Source: Octopus vulgaris
Taxonomy: Eukaryota
DNA: 64,000 nucleotides
Direction: 5' to 3'
NCBI GenBank assembly: GCA_951406725.2
Contig: OX597820.1
Span: forward strand, 36,146,001 to 36,210,000
In this document: positions 37,706 through 50,316 of the stretch, piece after piece
Layout of the letters: each line of letters opens with the position of its first letter
Numbering within the stretch: position 1 is the stretch's first letter
Program-made: the position numbers and the translations under genes
Notes under the pieces: generated by a model
What the model saw: the letters and a program-made list of their open reading frames with translations, nothing else
What the model was told of the DNA's origin: nothing
Databases searched by the model: none

Positions 37706-39301
37706 GTTAGTATTTTTTGATTTTTAGTCATGTTTTATGTTCTAATCAGGAGAGGGAAGATTTGTACCCTTGACCCTTTACAGGATTTTTCATAATATAG
37801 AGTAAAGTAACAAGCCAGAAACCTGGTCCAAATGCTTGCAACAGAGAGGACCTAGCTAAAAGTACCAAAGTAGCTCATGGTGAAATTTGTGCTCAGAATG
37901 CAAAGAAGTGGGACAAATACTGCTGTCATATCTGATGTTCTTAGGATAATGACTCCCTTCAGTCACAAATGACCTTGGGATTGTACCAAGAAAATTCCCC
38001 TCCAAGGCACAAGTTTGAGTAAAGTTGTTTGTGGAAGACTAGCACTTACCTGTGCATACCAGTCTCCCCTTGCCACACTACTGATGTTGTCCATGCAAAA
38101 GCAAAAACTGATACAGCTTGGCACCAGTGATGTTGCAACTCATTTCTGTGCATGAGTGAACTGCAGCATCATGATATAAAGTGTCTTGCTCAAGAACACA
38201 ACATACATCCCAGTCCAGGAATCAAACTCACACCTTCATGATTGTAAGCCAAACACTCTAACCATTAAGTTATGCGCCTTCAAATGTCTGATGTTCTTAG
38301 AATTTCACTAAACCACCATCTCAGATTGCCTTGCCCATTCCCATCCTCATCACTGAGAGTCAGGGATTATGGTTGTATGCAACATCTGCTGTCTCTATTA
38401 ATTCCTGCTTCTGGCCAATGTGCATTCAGCCAGAAGTCTTTCAGTATATTCTTTGATTTTGACTAGGCAGCATCTTCTCCATCTTTCCTTGTTGCATTTC
38501 TCAATGACTGTTCTTCCTAGAATGTGGATGCTAAAGTTCTGGGCCCTGGTGACATGACAGAAATACTGCCGCTTTTTCTACTTGACTGTAGCCAAAATTC
38601 TTTTTCTGTTCACATTTCCCCCAAGTACTAACTCATTTGTTGAATGGTCAGTTCAGCTGATCCTCAGTACTCTTTGCTAGTGCATTGTTTCAAATACTTT
38701 GAATTTGACAGTTACTTGCTCCCAGAGTCTAGTTTTTACACCTATACATTGCAACAAGCCAAACTAGTGTCTTCAGAAGCTTTAATTTAATGTTCTTACT
38801 TAGAGCTCTGTATGATGAAAAACAAAGTTGGCCTCAGCATGATTTGAATCTAGAGAGCCCCAATGACCTTCAAAATACTGTAGCCGTTTAAGTGGTGAGC
38901 TAGTAGAATAGTTAACATAGGCAAAATGCTTAGCAGAATTTCATCTGTCTTTATGTTCTGAGTTAAAATTTCTCCTAGGTCAATTTTGCCTTTCACCCTT
39001 TTGGGGCTGATAAAATGAGTGTCAGTTGAGTACTGAGGTTTATATAATCATCTTATTCCCTACCCTGAAGTTGTTGACCATATGCCAAAATTAGAAACCA
39101 ATATACTGTAACCTTGACATAGTTGTTCTGAAATACTTCTCACAACACTGTGGAATAAGCCATTTCTCTGTGAGACTGTCATGAATCTTTCTTCTTGCAG
39201 TCATTGAACCCATCAGATCTAGTCAACCCATCCAACTCATACAAAGGACATGGGTGTTTAAACAATGATGATGATGATGATTGATGATGATGATATATCT
39301 A

Positions 39302-39394
<93 letters not shown>

Positions 39395-39871
39395 GTCTAT
39401 ATATACACACACACACGCACGCATGCACGCACATACACATGCTACTCCTCTAAATGAAAACGTTACCTGTCATTGTGGCTTTGTGGCACGGAGCAAAGCA
39501 AGCCTGGCCATCTACACAGAAAAACACATAATAAATGCTCTACAAGGACTCAAGCAAATTGAATCCTCAACTTGTTCTATTTGCCAAAAGGTTTGCAAGG
39601 CAATAGCAGGCCTCAAGAGACACATGCATGTCCATAGAGCATGATTTACTGAACTCTCATTTGTCTTTAACAATGAGAGAATCCATCATATATATGTATA
39701 TACATATATGTATAAGTATATGTATATATATATATACATATATATATAAAGTAACAAACTAGGGAAAGGAATTCCTTAAAGGGTAGTGTAAAATATCCAA
39801 TTCAGTAGTATGTCAGTTGGATACCACAAAAATATGGGTATAATGCAAATTACAAACAATAAATTATCTCT

Positions 39872-40173
39872 AGAGATTCAATTGACAATCCAATCATTTA
39901 TATTATAATGTTGCATAATATACTATGAATATAACATAAAAAGTCATTAAAAAACCAAAAGAGCCACCAATTTGTTTCGACTTATATACATTATTTGATT
40001 TATAAACAATTCAATCCACATATATAAGTTTCATCAGAGCTTTGGTTTAAAGACAGATAAACTTCTGTGTGAAAGGACGGCTGGGATTTTGGTTTGTTAA
40101 TGATTTTTTATGTTATCTTATATTATATTATATTATAATATAAATAAATTATTGGATTGTCAATTGAATCTCT
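39872..40173. repeat. Fold-back element (~90-bp arms) enclosing a decayed hammerhead-like motif on the - strand
   Basis: agagattcaattgacaatccaat...aaccaaaa / ttttggttt...attggattgtcaattgaatctct. Confidence 0.75.
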
Positions 40174-40210
40174 CTATTTAATTTACCATATACATATATA
40201 TGTATGTTTG

Positions 40211-40500
40211 GAGGCGCAATGGTCCAGTGGTTAGGGCAGCAGACTCGCGGTTGGAGGATCGCGGTTTCGATTCCCAGACCAGGCATTGTGAGTGTTTATT
40301 GAGCGAAAACACCTAAAAGCTCCATGAGGCTCTGGCAGGGGGTGGTGATCCCTGCTGTACTCTTTCACCACTCTTTCTTCTGTTGGCCAGCTTGCTTAGC
40401 CAGCGGGGTGGCGTCATTCGAAGGCTAAAACAATGCAAACGCATTGTGACTAGCGATGTGTAGCAACATCTGATGGTCTGGTCGGTCACGTGATCACGTG
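40211..40500 (+). mobile_element. tRNA-type SINE, third family
   Basis: ggaggcgcaatggtccagtggttaggg...ggtttcgattcc. A partial inverted copy lies at ~55420-55530, and related heads lie near 16790 and 63558. Confidence 0.8.
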
Positions 40501-40583
40501 ATATATATATATGTGTGGGTGTGTGTGTGTAGATATACGTATATCTACATATACGTACACACACACACACATATAAAATTACT

Positions 40584-41073
40584 GTTGTCTACTAGAGGAT
40601 GGTAGGGGTTCACTCCTCTTGCTAGCAATATATAGGGTGCAGCACTACACTGATAACCAGCTGGTGGAAGATCTGCCTGGGGTTAAACTGGTAGTAACAT
40701 GGAACAGCCATTTTCATGTAGTGATTGATTCTACTTGTTAATATAGTTACAACTCTGATCTTTTCTTGAGATTTTACGACTAGCTATTTTGCTTATTGCA
40801 AATCAGAGAGCGATGGCTGCTTTGTTTACAATATATTGTTGGCTGGAGTGGACCCTGGCTATTGCTATGGCAGCCAGGTGCTCACAACTGAGGATGAGCC
40901 AACCAGCTTGAAACTGAGTCAGTCTCATGATCCCGTTGTCTACTAGAAGATAGTAGGGGGTTCGCTCCCCCTGCTAGCAGCACTGCACTGATAACCTACT
41001 GGCGGAAGATCTGCATGGGGTTAAACTAGTAGTAGCATGGAACAGCCACTTTGATGTGGCAATTAACTTTACT
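40584..41073 (+). mobile_element. Candidate non-LTR retrozyme: 351-bp unit, ~1.4 copies, 12-bp TSD
   Basis: gttgtctactaga... starts at 40584 and again at 40935. tataaaattact at 40572-40583 and 41074-41085. The hammerhead lies at the unit junction. Confidence 0.8.
40882..40930 (+). ncRNA. Type I hammerhead ribozyme motif (stem I CpG-decayed)
   Basis: tcacaa CTGAGGA t gagc caacca gctt GAAA ctga g tcag TC tcatga. Predicted cut after GUC at 40924. Confidence 0.78.
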
Positions 41074-41127
41074 TATAAAATTACTCCTCTATGTCTATGA
41101 TTCATTTGCTTTTAATCTGTGTGTGTT

Positions 41128-41158
<31 letters not shown>

Positions 41159-41429
41159 ATAGCTTTCATTTACTCACTCTAAAGCTAGTATGTGCACTCA
41201 TCCTGTACCTCTTGTGTTAACTCTATCTCTACAATATAAAATATGACTTGAGAAATCAGTCAACCAACCAACCAACCAACCAACAAATATTTACATCAGC
41301 TATTATTATATATATAAAGATAGTCTCAGTAGTGACTCTTTCAGAATTTGATCTCTTCCAGTGAAGTGTGACATGCACTTTAGTTAGTGTTATTTGATTC
41401 GTTAAACCTAATTGCTTAAATCATTACAG

Positions 41430-41566
41430 CACACAGCTTTGAGAGACAATGTCCACAAATTAGAAACCGAACAAAAACAACTTGAGAAACAATTAAGGCG
41501 AATGGAAACAACTAATATTGAGATGGTTAGCGAAACAAGAGCATTGGACGAGGAAATTGAATCTTT
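41430..41566 (+). CDS. CCDC178: CCDC178-like exon 8
   Basis: ttacag|cac aca...tct tt|gtaagt. HTALRDNVHKLETEQKQLEKQL. Phase 0/2. Confidence 0.85.
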
Positions 41567-42929
41567 GTAAGTCTTGTGTGGCAATTTCTTGCTATTTTTG
41601 TTCATTCTGGTGGTGGTGGCAGTGGTAGTGGTTGTGGAAGTGTGGAGGACTTGTGGTGTTGATGTGGACAGTGGTGGTAGTGGTTGTGGTGGTGCTTTAA
41701 GTGGGGTGGAGCTGTTGTTGTTGTTGTTGGTGGTGATGGTGATGTTGTTATTGTTAGTAGTTTGGTAGTTATCGGTGGTAGTAGAGCTGTTGGCAATGGT
41801 AGTGAAGGGGTTGTTGTTGGTGGTGTTGTTGTTTGGGGGAAAGTGTTGCTCTTGTCAATGCTGGTGGTGGTTGTGGTGGTGGTGGTGGTGGCGGCGGCGG
41901 CGGTGGTGGTATTTAACCTCCAAGCCAGCATTAATCAAGCGGAACTACAATCTAGGATATCCCTTCTGTTACCACCACAATTTACATGCAGTCATATTGC
42001 ATATAAAATTACATTATCTAATAAAACCAACATGTCCTTCCCTTTTAAACATACTTGGGTGTAAGCAGAAAGATATATATTTTCCAGTGCATAAGTACTG
42101 ATAGAACAGCATATATAGGATAAAATCCTTACAGAGCAGAAAATTCCTATATCTTTCTACTTGTACTACAATACATTTCAGCGCTTCAAAAACAAACTTA
42201 TGTTTGTTTACATATGACATAATACTTGGGTGTGATTTAACGGAACTTTGGCTGCTATTTATTGCAAGTCAAGCAACCACAAAGAAGCTTCTTCATTGTC
42301 TTGTTATTGTTTACCTCAAAACCAGCCTTAATCAAGAAGAGCTATGGTCAAACATATTCCTGACATGGCCATCAAATTTACTTTCATATTGTAGTGTTGG
42401 GACTTTATTTCTTAATCCATTTGCCCTTTTTTTTTTGTTTTTGAAGATGGTCATGTGTTATTCTTCAAAGGATTTTGTAACTGGTCATCACTACTTGGCT
42501 TAAGACTAGGATTTGTAGTTGCTGTTGTTGTAGATGTTATAGTCAGGGGTAGTGATGCTGTCAATAGTTTCATCAATTGTTTAAGTGATTCCATAACACA
42601 GAGAAAGGAAATTAGCTGAGTTGGTAAGACACTGAACAAGACTCCTTGCACTATTTATTCTGGATTTTTGCCTACTAAGTTCAAAACCTATCTTAGGTAA
42701 CCTTGCCTTTCATCCTTCGGAGGCTGATAAATAAAACACCAGTCAAGAGCAGTGAATTATTAGACTGTCAGTCCAAATGTCTTGTGTTATTTACCCTAAT
42801 TCTTTGTGTTCTGAATTCAGATCCTACCATGGCCTACTTTGGTTGTAGACTTAACCCAATCACTTGATTAAATACCACCATTTGGTCCTTGGTCACTGCT
42901 ACTGGAGTCCACTCTGTTGCAACATCCTG

Positions 42930-43815
42930 ACTTTTAACATTTAAACTGGCCATATCTGGCTCAAATATTCTTGTTCTATGTTAGCCAGATCTAGTTTCTT
43001 ACACTAACCCTACAATGTCATTCTAAATATATACAATAACATCATCAAAGTCTTAAGGTTATGAGATAATGCATAATTAATTCAAACCATTATGAACAAA
43101 TATGCATTATATTTGACAAAGTAACCTGAATGCTAAAGGGTTAAGGCTGGGAGTTTAAGAGCTGCAGCTCAGGGCCCTCTACTGAAGGCCTCCATAGGTT
43201 AAGCTTTTAGCATTCAGCAGATTACTCTGTCAAATGTAATGCTTGTTTATTCCCACTGTTTTGAATTAATCATGCATTATCTTGTAGCTTTGAGATTTCA
43301 ATGATGTGATGACAAGTGACTGAGACCCTGGCAGTATGCTGTACTTGAGAAGATTCAACAAGTCAAGTGAAACTGTAGTCATAGCTGTTACCAGTGTCAT
43401 GTAAGTGGCACCTGTGAAATTGTTGTCATGACCATTACTGGTGTCATGTAAATGGGACCCATGCCAGTGGCATGTAAAAATCACCCATTACACTCTTGGT
43501 GTGGTTGGCATTAGGAAGGGCATCCAGCGAAATCAGACTGGAACCTGGTGCAGCTCTCAGGCTTACCATTTCTAGTCAAACCGTCTAACTTGTGCCAGCA
43601 TGGAAAGTGGCCATTAAATAATGATTCTGATGATGATTACGATTGTTTGTTTTTAGAATGACATTGAAGGGTAGGTGTGAAAGGCAAATCTGACCACTTT
43701 GAACAGAAAACAGGTAGAATATTTGGGCTAGATCCGGTTAGTTTGAATATAAAACAGTTTGAATATAAAACCATATCTGGGCCAGATATGGCTGGTTTAA
43801 ATGCTAATGGTTTAA
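42930..43815. mobile_element. Two inverted copies of a ~210-bp TTAA-flanked MITE; the second is interrupted by an RTE 3'-end repeat (~43310-43636)
   Basis: ...gaatgctaaaggg|ttaa (43140) and ttaa|gcttttagcattcag (43203) ... aatgctaatggt|ttaa. The internal sequences are reverse complements. Confidence 0.75.
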
Positions 43816-44087
43816 GTGAAACGTTATTAAAAATATCATTGTAGGTCTCATAGTACATGACACCTAGAGGCCTATAAAATCATATTCCTGCTACCACTAC
43901 TACTACTGCTGCTGCTATTGTTACTACTACTGCTGCTGCTGTTGCTACAACTACTACCATCAGAAGTACCACCACCAACACGACAATTTTGTATTTTCTA
44001 TCTGTTGTTGTTTTAGTCCCAGCCATGGAACTAAATAATAAAACCATCGACAACATTTAGGTATTTTTCTATTTTAATTTGTTACAG

Positions 44088-44271
44088 TCAAACACATAAA
44101 AGCGTGACTGACAGATCAGTGTCTCGAATTTCTTACGAGATTTTAAAGATGCAGAACGAATTACTGATGGCCAAAGATGAAGTGAAAAGGTTCCAGGATT
44201 TAAACGCCCATGTTAGATCATCGATCTGTCTGCAAGAGAAGTATAATCTTGAAAAAGAGAGAAATTTAGAG
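44088..44271 (+). CDS. CCDC178: CCDC178-like exon 9
   Basis: ttacag|t caa...tta gag|gtttgg. Phase 2/0. Confidence 0.85.
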
Positions 44272-45988
44272 GTTTGGTCATCTTATCTGTGTTTTTTTTT
44301 TTTTGATCTTATTTGATATTCTACTTGTGTGAAGAATGTTTGTAGGGTGGGGTGATCAATGTAAAATGTCAGTGGAAACGAATAATGTTAAAAATGAAGG
44401 ATGGGTATTGAATGGTGTTATTCCAGATAATGAGAAATATAACCAGTGTCACTGAAAAAGATAAGGATAAAATATATAGTTGTACCCTCATCTGATTATA
44501 ATAGGAGAATACTGCAGTTAGGCAAATAATGGAAGAATCACAGAAATATTAGGGGTGCATGGGGAAGACTTGATGAGGAAATTAGGCTGAATGAGGTGGG
44601 ATGTGTATATACACGTTTCCAGAACCTCAGATTGACTAAGATTGGTCGGTTTTTTCAAGCATACTAACAGCTGTCATCATCTTTTGACATCTCCATGAGA
44701 TTCAAAGCTTTCACTACTTTGTTGAATGTCTTCCTGAGACTCTCTCTTCCACAAGCTCCATCTACATTAAGTGGCCAGTACTTCTTTATACTGCTGACCT
44801 AATCCTATACATCACAAGATCGTACCAGCACAGTCTTCTCTCTTGCACACTCCATCTGATCCTTCTTATAACCAATTTTTTTCCTCAACACGTTGTAATT
44901 TGTTGTTCATGCACCTTTAATTTGAGGGAGATTTAACTGCTACTTCTTACAAGTAGATTGACCAAAAGAGGCTCATTCATTAATTCATCTTATAAGGCGT
45001 TTGGTTTAAAGATAAACCCTTACTGTTTGGTGAGAATGGGTGACATTCACCAGGTGTTGTAGATACATTTTTAGCTTGACTTGCTGCAGTACTGCTTTTA
45101 TTAAACATTTACCTGATTACCAGGTACATAATTCTTAATCTTTAATCCATCACCTAATTTAATACTTTTACCTGGCCCTCTGTGTATTTATAGTTGTATG
45201 CAGTCTGTAAGAAGCATTCTGGTCTGAGGATAACCTCCTCCCTTGCTTCCACCAGCTTTGGAACCACTAAAATGTGTTATAACTACTGTTGACCCTCCTC
45301 AGGAAAGCTATAAAATTTGTTTAAGAATATATTTCCTTGCCATTTGGGATTTTGTGCATCTTCCCTGAGAACAGCACTCTAAAAGACTGCTGGCACCTTG
45401 ACTCAGGAATCATCTGCTCTTGCTGAGACATTCATCAACTGTTTTCTTTTCTCTTCTTTTTTTTGCACTGGCCAAGTCTGGAGGAAGGGGCAGTTGCCCA
45501 GGACCTTTCCAAGCTCTCTGAGACCAGTAAGATTGATGATTTCAATGATTGTCTTGAACATATTTGTAAGTCAACATTTGTGGCAATGATATGATCAAAA
45601 AGGAAATTACAGAGGAAAGGATTGGACACAACAAATGTGTTAGGAAGAGTGGGGAGTTGAGTGGGCTGGAATAGCTGAGCAGAAGGAACATAAACCCAGT
45701 CAGCTTTGAGGAGAAGAGGTCATTATGGTAGTGGTAGAAGGGGTAGAGAGTGGAGGCAGCACATGTCTGTGATCCAGAGGCTGGAGTGTGTTTGTGAGTG
45801 ATTATACTAATCAGTCTGGTGGCCCTTTACTTGACATAGTCTATGGTGTCTGTGTGTGCAGCGGCAGCACCATCTCAGCTATCAGAGCAATATTCACTCC
45901 AAAGGTGAAATGCATTTATTGGCCTTATGAGTCTCTGCCACAGTGATGTTTATTTGGCTCTGATGTATATATATATATATATATATAT

Positions 45989-46301
45989 AACTTATAAAAT
46001 AAGAGCAAAAGAAAAATTCTAATGCCAAATATGCCGAAAATAGACAAATTGTCAATAACCATTATAATTTATGCGTCTCAAAATTTTCTCCTCCTCAGCG
46101 ATAAATACATATTTATCGCTGAGGAGGAGAAAATTCTTATGAATTAACTCTGAAATTGGGACCAATACGGTAATAACGGAATTTTTTAGAAATTTCTATT
46201 GGCTTGTTTCGAGACACATAAATTATAATGGTTATTGACAATTTGTCTATTTTCGGCATGTTTGGCATTAGAATTTTTCTTTTGCCCTTATTTTATAAGT
46301 T
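45989..46301. repeat. Nested fold-back element between (TA)n tracts
   Basis: ~90-bp outer arms plus a perfect inner hairpin aattttctcctcctcagcgataaata/tatttatcgctgaggaggagaaaatt. Confidence 0.9.
46113..46173 (+). ncRNA. Type I hammerhead ribozyme motif with intact core
   Basis: ttatcg CTGAGGA ggag aa aattc ttat gaatt aa ctct GAAA ttgg ga ccaa TA cggtaa. All three stems pair, and the predicted cut is after AUA at 46167. Confidence 0.75.
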
Positions 46302-46387
46302 ATTTATAAATTTAACCTTTAAAGGTATTTTTTAATATGCTGGCCATTGATATAATTTTTTTTTTCAAAAAAATGTTATCCTACATT

Positions 46388-46424
<37 letters not shown>

Positions 46425-46427
<3 letters not shown>

Positions 46428-46866
46428 TCATCATCATCATCATCGTTTAACGTCCGTTCTCCATGCTAGCATGGGTTGGACGGTTCGACCGGGGATCTGG
46501 GAAGCCAGAAGGCTGCACCAGGCTCCAGTCTTATCTGGCAGTGTTTCTACAGCTGGATGCCCTTCCTAACGCCAACCACTCCGTGAGTGTAGTGGGTGCT
46601 TTTTACGTGCCACCTGCACAGGTGCCAGGCGAGGCTGGCAATGGCCACGGTCGGATTGGAGTATTTTATGTGCCACCGGCACAGAAGCCAGACGAGGCGG
46701 TGCTGGCATCGGCCACGAGTCGGATGTATATATACATATATATACATAAACACTGCCAGATCAGACTGGAGCCTGGCACAGCCTCCTGGCTTCCCAGACC
46801 CCGGTCAAACTGTCCAACCTATGCTAGCATGGAAAACAGACATTAAACGATGATGATGATGATGAT
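46425..46866. mobile_element. Divergently oriented pair of RTE 3'-end repeats
   Basis: A - copy at 46425-46725 and a + copy at 46748-46866, with (CAT)n/(GAT)n tails outward. Confidence 0.8.
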
Positions 46867-47056
46867 TATATATATATATGTAGTGTTTTGACAAAATAAG
46901 TTTCACAGTATCATGCCTTTTGATGATGTGTATACATTTGGTACCATACACGGATAGCAATTTCAATATAGTGTTGTTTCAATTGCATTTACTGAAATAT
47001 TAATTGTAATGAGAAGTCTGAAGTCTAATAATTTTTGTTTTTCTTTTTAATATCAG

Positions 47057-47188
47057 AGTTTGCTGCAAGACCTGAAAAAAAAAGTGGAAGAAGAAAATGA
47101 AAAATATGAGGCTTTGAGCAATGAAGTTGATGAAGAAAATACAAAACTTGAAGAAATTATAAAAGGTTATGAGAAAGAGAAAGAAGAA
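47057..47188 (+). CDS. CCDC178: CCDC178-like exon 10
   Basis: tatcag|agt ttg...gaa gaa|gtaagt. 132 nt, phase 0/0. Confidence 0.87.
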
Positions 47189-47504
47189 GTAAGTATATTT
47201 GATGAACAACAAATGTTTTTAAGTTATTGAGGAACTGGCAGAGTCAATAGAGCATTAGACAGAATGCCTTGTGATATTTGTTTTGACTCTCTGCACCCTG
47301 AGTTCAAATCCCACCAAGAGCTACTTTGTTTATCATCCTTCTGGGGTGTCAATAAAATGCTGATTCAGAGTGGTCGATTGCCAGATTGTAAGACTTTTGG
47401 AACTTTTGGACTGGATATACCTTGGAGTATTTGTTTCAGCTCCTTGTGTTCTGAGTTCAAATCCTGCCACGGCTTACTTGGGTAGTAGGCTTAACCTGTC
47501 GCCA

Positions 47505-49080
47505 GCTTCACACCAGTTCAAGGCCTCGATGTCAACAAGGGTCACGGCCCTGACGGCATACACCCGTGGGTTATCAAAGCGTTGGCTCCGGTCATCTGCG
47601 AGCCCTTAACACGTCTATTCAATATGTCATTGGCAATGGGTGTTATACCTGTGGACTGGAGAACAGCGATAATCTGCCTAATTTTTAAGAAAGGGAGCCG
47701 CGAAGACCCGCTTAACTACCGACCGGTTTTCCTTACATCAATAATCAGCAAGATGTTCAAAACCATCATTAAGTAAAGTATGATGCTCCACCGCCAAAAC
47801 ACAGCCTCTATCTCTGATTCCCAACATGGCTTTGTGCCGATGAGATCATGCTTGACCAACTTACTGGTAACGGAAGAATTGGTGATGCGCATCCTCGATG
47901 ATAGTAATGCTGTTGACATCATTTTATTGGACTTTGCCAAAGCTTTTGACTCGGTAAACCACCCCCTATTACTTGTCAAGCTTCAAGCATATAGTTTCCA
48001 TCCGGATATTGTACGATGGGTTGGTGCCTTTCTCTCAGATCGCTCCTTCCAAGTCCAAGTTAATGGTTTTCGCGGTCCAACGTCTCCAGTGCGAGCAGTG
48101 GCGTGCCTCAAGGTTCAATGCTTGGGCCCTTATTGTTCTTAGTCTTCATAAATGACTTGCCCGACGACCTCACGCAACACACCCTTCTATTTGCTGACGA
48201 TGTCAAACTGGTCACTCCTCGCGGTGATATAGAGGATCTTCGTCGATGCCTCCACTATATTTGGAGATGGTCTAACGAATGGGACCTGTGTCTGAACGTG
48301 TCAAAGTGCTGTCATCTGCCTGTTGGCTCTCCTCCTGCAACTCAACTTGATTTTGAGCCGGGTCATCTGCTGCTGGAGAAGACCGATCAGGTAAAGGACC
48401 TGGGTATCTTGGTGGATTCCTCCTTTTCGCCTTCAGTCCAGTGCGTCCATGATGCCAACAAAGCACGCGGAATTCTGTTCTTGATTCGACGGTCATTCGG
48501 AATGCTCAGAGCAGCCATATTCCTACCGCTCTATGTCACGCTGGTGAGACCCATATTGGAGTATGGGATTCAAGCCTCTTCTCCTTATCTCCTCAAAGAC
48601 ATACAGCATCTCGAAAGAGTCCAGAAGCTGGCTACCCGCATGGTTCTTGGTCTCAAGAATTTGTCTTATGAAGAAAGGCTGAAGACGCTCGACCTTTATT
48701 CTCTAGAAAAACGATGACGCCGTGGAGATCTCATTCTTGCTCACAACATCATAAGCGGAAAGTGTAACCTCTCGAAAGAGCTGTTCTTCACTCCTGCTCC
48801 AGAGCGTCGGCTGCGGGGTCATTCCGAAAAGCTCTATCTGCGACGATTTCATCTCAATCGAAGGAGAGGGGCTTTCTCCGTCCGGGTTGCGGATCCATGG
48901 AATAAGCTGCCAGACGAGATGGTGAAGATGCCGACGACCGCTCGGTTCAAAGTCTCCCTTGACCTCAAGTGGCCTGAACTCTTTACATGAACACCACCCT
49001 GTACATAACTCCATGTCCCCCTACATGGCCTTGCTTTTTGCTTTTTGAGCCAAAAAATTAACTAACTAACTAACTAACTA
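47505..49080 (+). mobile_element. CR1-clade LINE, 5'-truncated, (CTAA)n tail
   Basis: NYRPVFLTS, QHGFVPMRSC, LDFAKAFDSVNH, PQGSMLGPLLF, FADDVK, RPILEY, with stops and frameshifts. Confidence 0.93.
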
Positions 49081-49828
49081 GCACCTAACAACTTGAGTGC
49101 CTTTAGTGGAGTCTACTCTGTTATAAGTACTTGGGCCAGATCTCTGAAAGCTTCCCTCCCTCCGCTTCCCTCAGAAAGCTTCCCTCCCTCCGCTTAAGAA
49201 GCCTTGTGAAGTATCATGGTCACTGCCTTCCTTCCTGACTAAAAAGATAAGAATATCTGATTATAATTTGCTTTTTTAATTGAATAATACTCACCCAAAA
49301 AATGAAGATCAAGTGAGGTTAAAGTAGCATTCATTTGTTTTTATGTCTGCTTTTTTTTTTCATGCTAACAAAGGTTAAATGAATGTATTGGTTTCATAAG
49401 GCAGAAAGCTGGCAGAAACATTAGCACGCCGGGCGAAATGCTTAGCAGTATTTCATCTGTATTTACGTTCTGAGTTCAAATTCCACCAAGCTCAACTTTA
49501 CCTTTCATCCTTTCGGGATCAATAAATTAAGTACCAGTTGTGTACTGGGGTCGATCTAATCAACTGGCCCTCTCCACCAAAATTTCAGGCCTTGTACCTA
49601 GAATAGAAAAGAATATATTGGTTTCAAATTTTTGCACAAGCCCAGCACTTTCAGGAGAGGGTAAGTCAATTAAATCAACCCCAGTGCCCAACTGATACTT
49701 ACTTTATTGATCCCGAAAGGATGAAAAGTAAAGTTGATCTCAGCAAAACTTGAACTCAGAATATAAAGATGGATGAAATTCCCGCTAAGCATTTTGCTCG
49801 GCATGCTGACAATTCTGCCTGCTCATCT

Positions 49829-49829
<1 letters not shown>

Positions 49830-49867
<38 letters not shown>

Positions 49868-50316
49868 TGTGTACAGTGCTCAGGTGCACTACAACTCATC
49901 TAAAGTGTATATATAATCAGGTGTAGTTTCGGCGGATTTCGGAAAGCATGAGGGCCTTAAAAGATGCAGTGTCATGGCAGTCAACAACTGACGCAGGCAG
50001 TTTATTCCATGCTTCAGCAACTCTGAGCGTGAAAAAATGTTTCCGAAAGTCATGGGAGCTGTATTGTTTTCTGACTTTGTAGGCATGTCCACGTGTGTTA
50101 GACACATGGAGATCAAAAAGGTGTTCAGTGTTGTTGTTGGTGAGGTGGTTGATAACTTTGTGGGTGTTTACCAAGTCCGTCGCCAAACGCCGGAGCTTCA
50201 GTGAATCCATGCCCAGGGAAACAAGGCGCTCAGAATATGGTAGGTGTCTGATGGAGGGTATGCGTTTGGTTGCACGTCTCTGGACAGATTCCAGGAGGTC
50301 AATGTTCTGTGCAAGA
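49830..50316 (-). mobile_element. CR1-clade LINE 3' end
   Basis: LESVQRRATKRI...RGHAYKV...WNKLP with an (ATT)n tail. Confidence 0.9.

Noticed and set aside
40211-40285. tRNA gene (A/B boxes)
   Set aside because: It continues into a repeated SINE body, and no complete cloverleaf could be drawn.
45220-45310. CTGAGGA motif as another hammerhead
   Set aside because: No stem II/GAAA/stem III arrangement at the right spacing.
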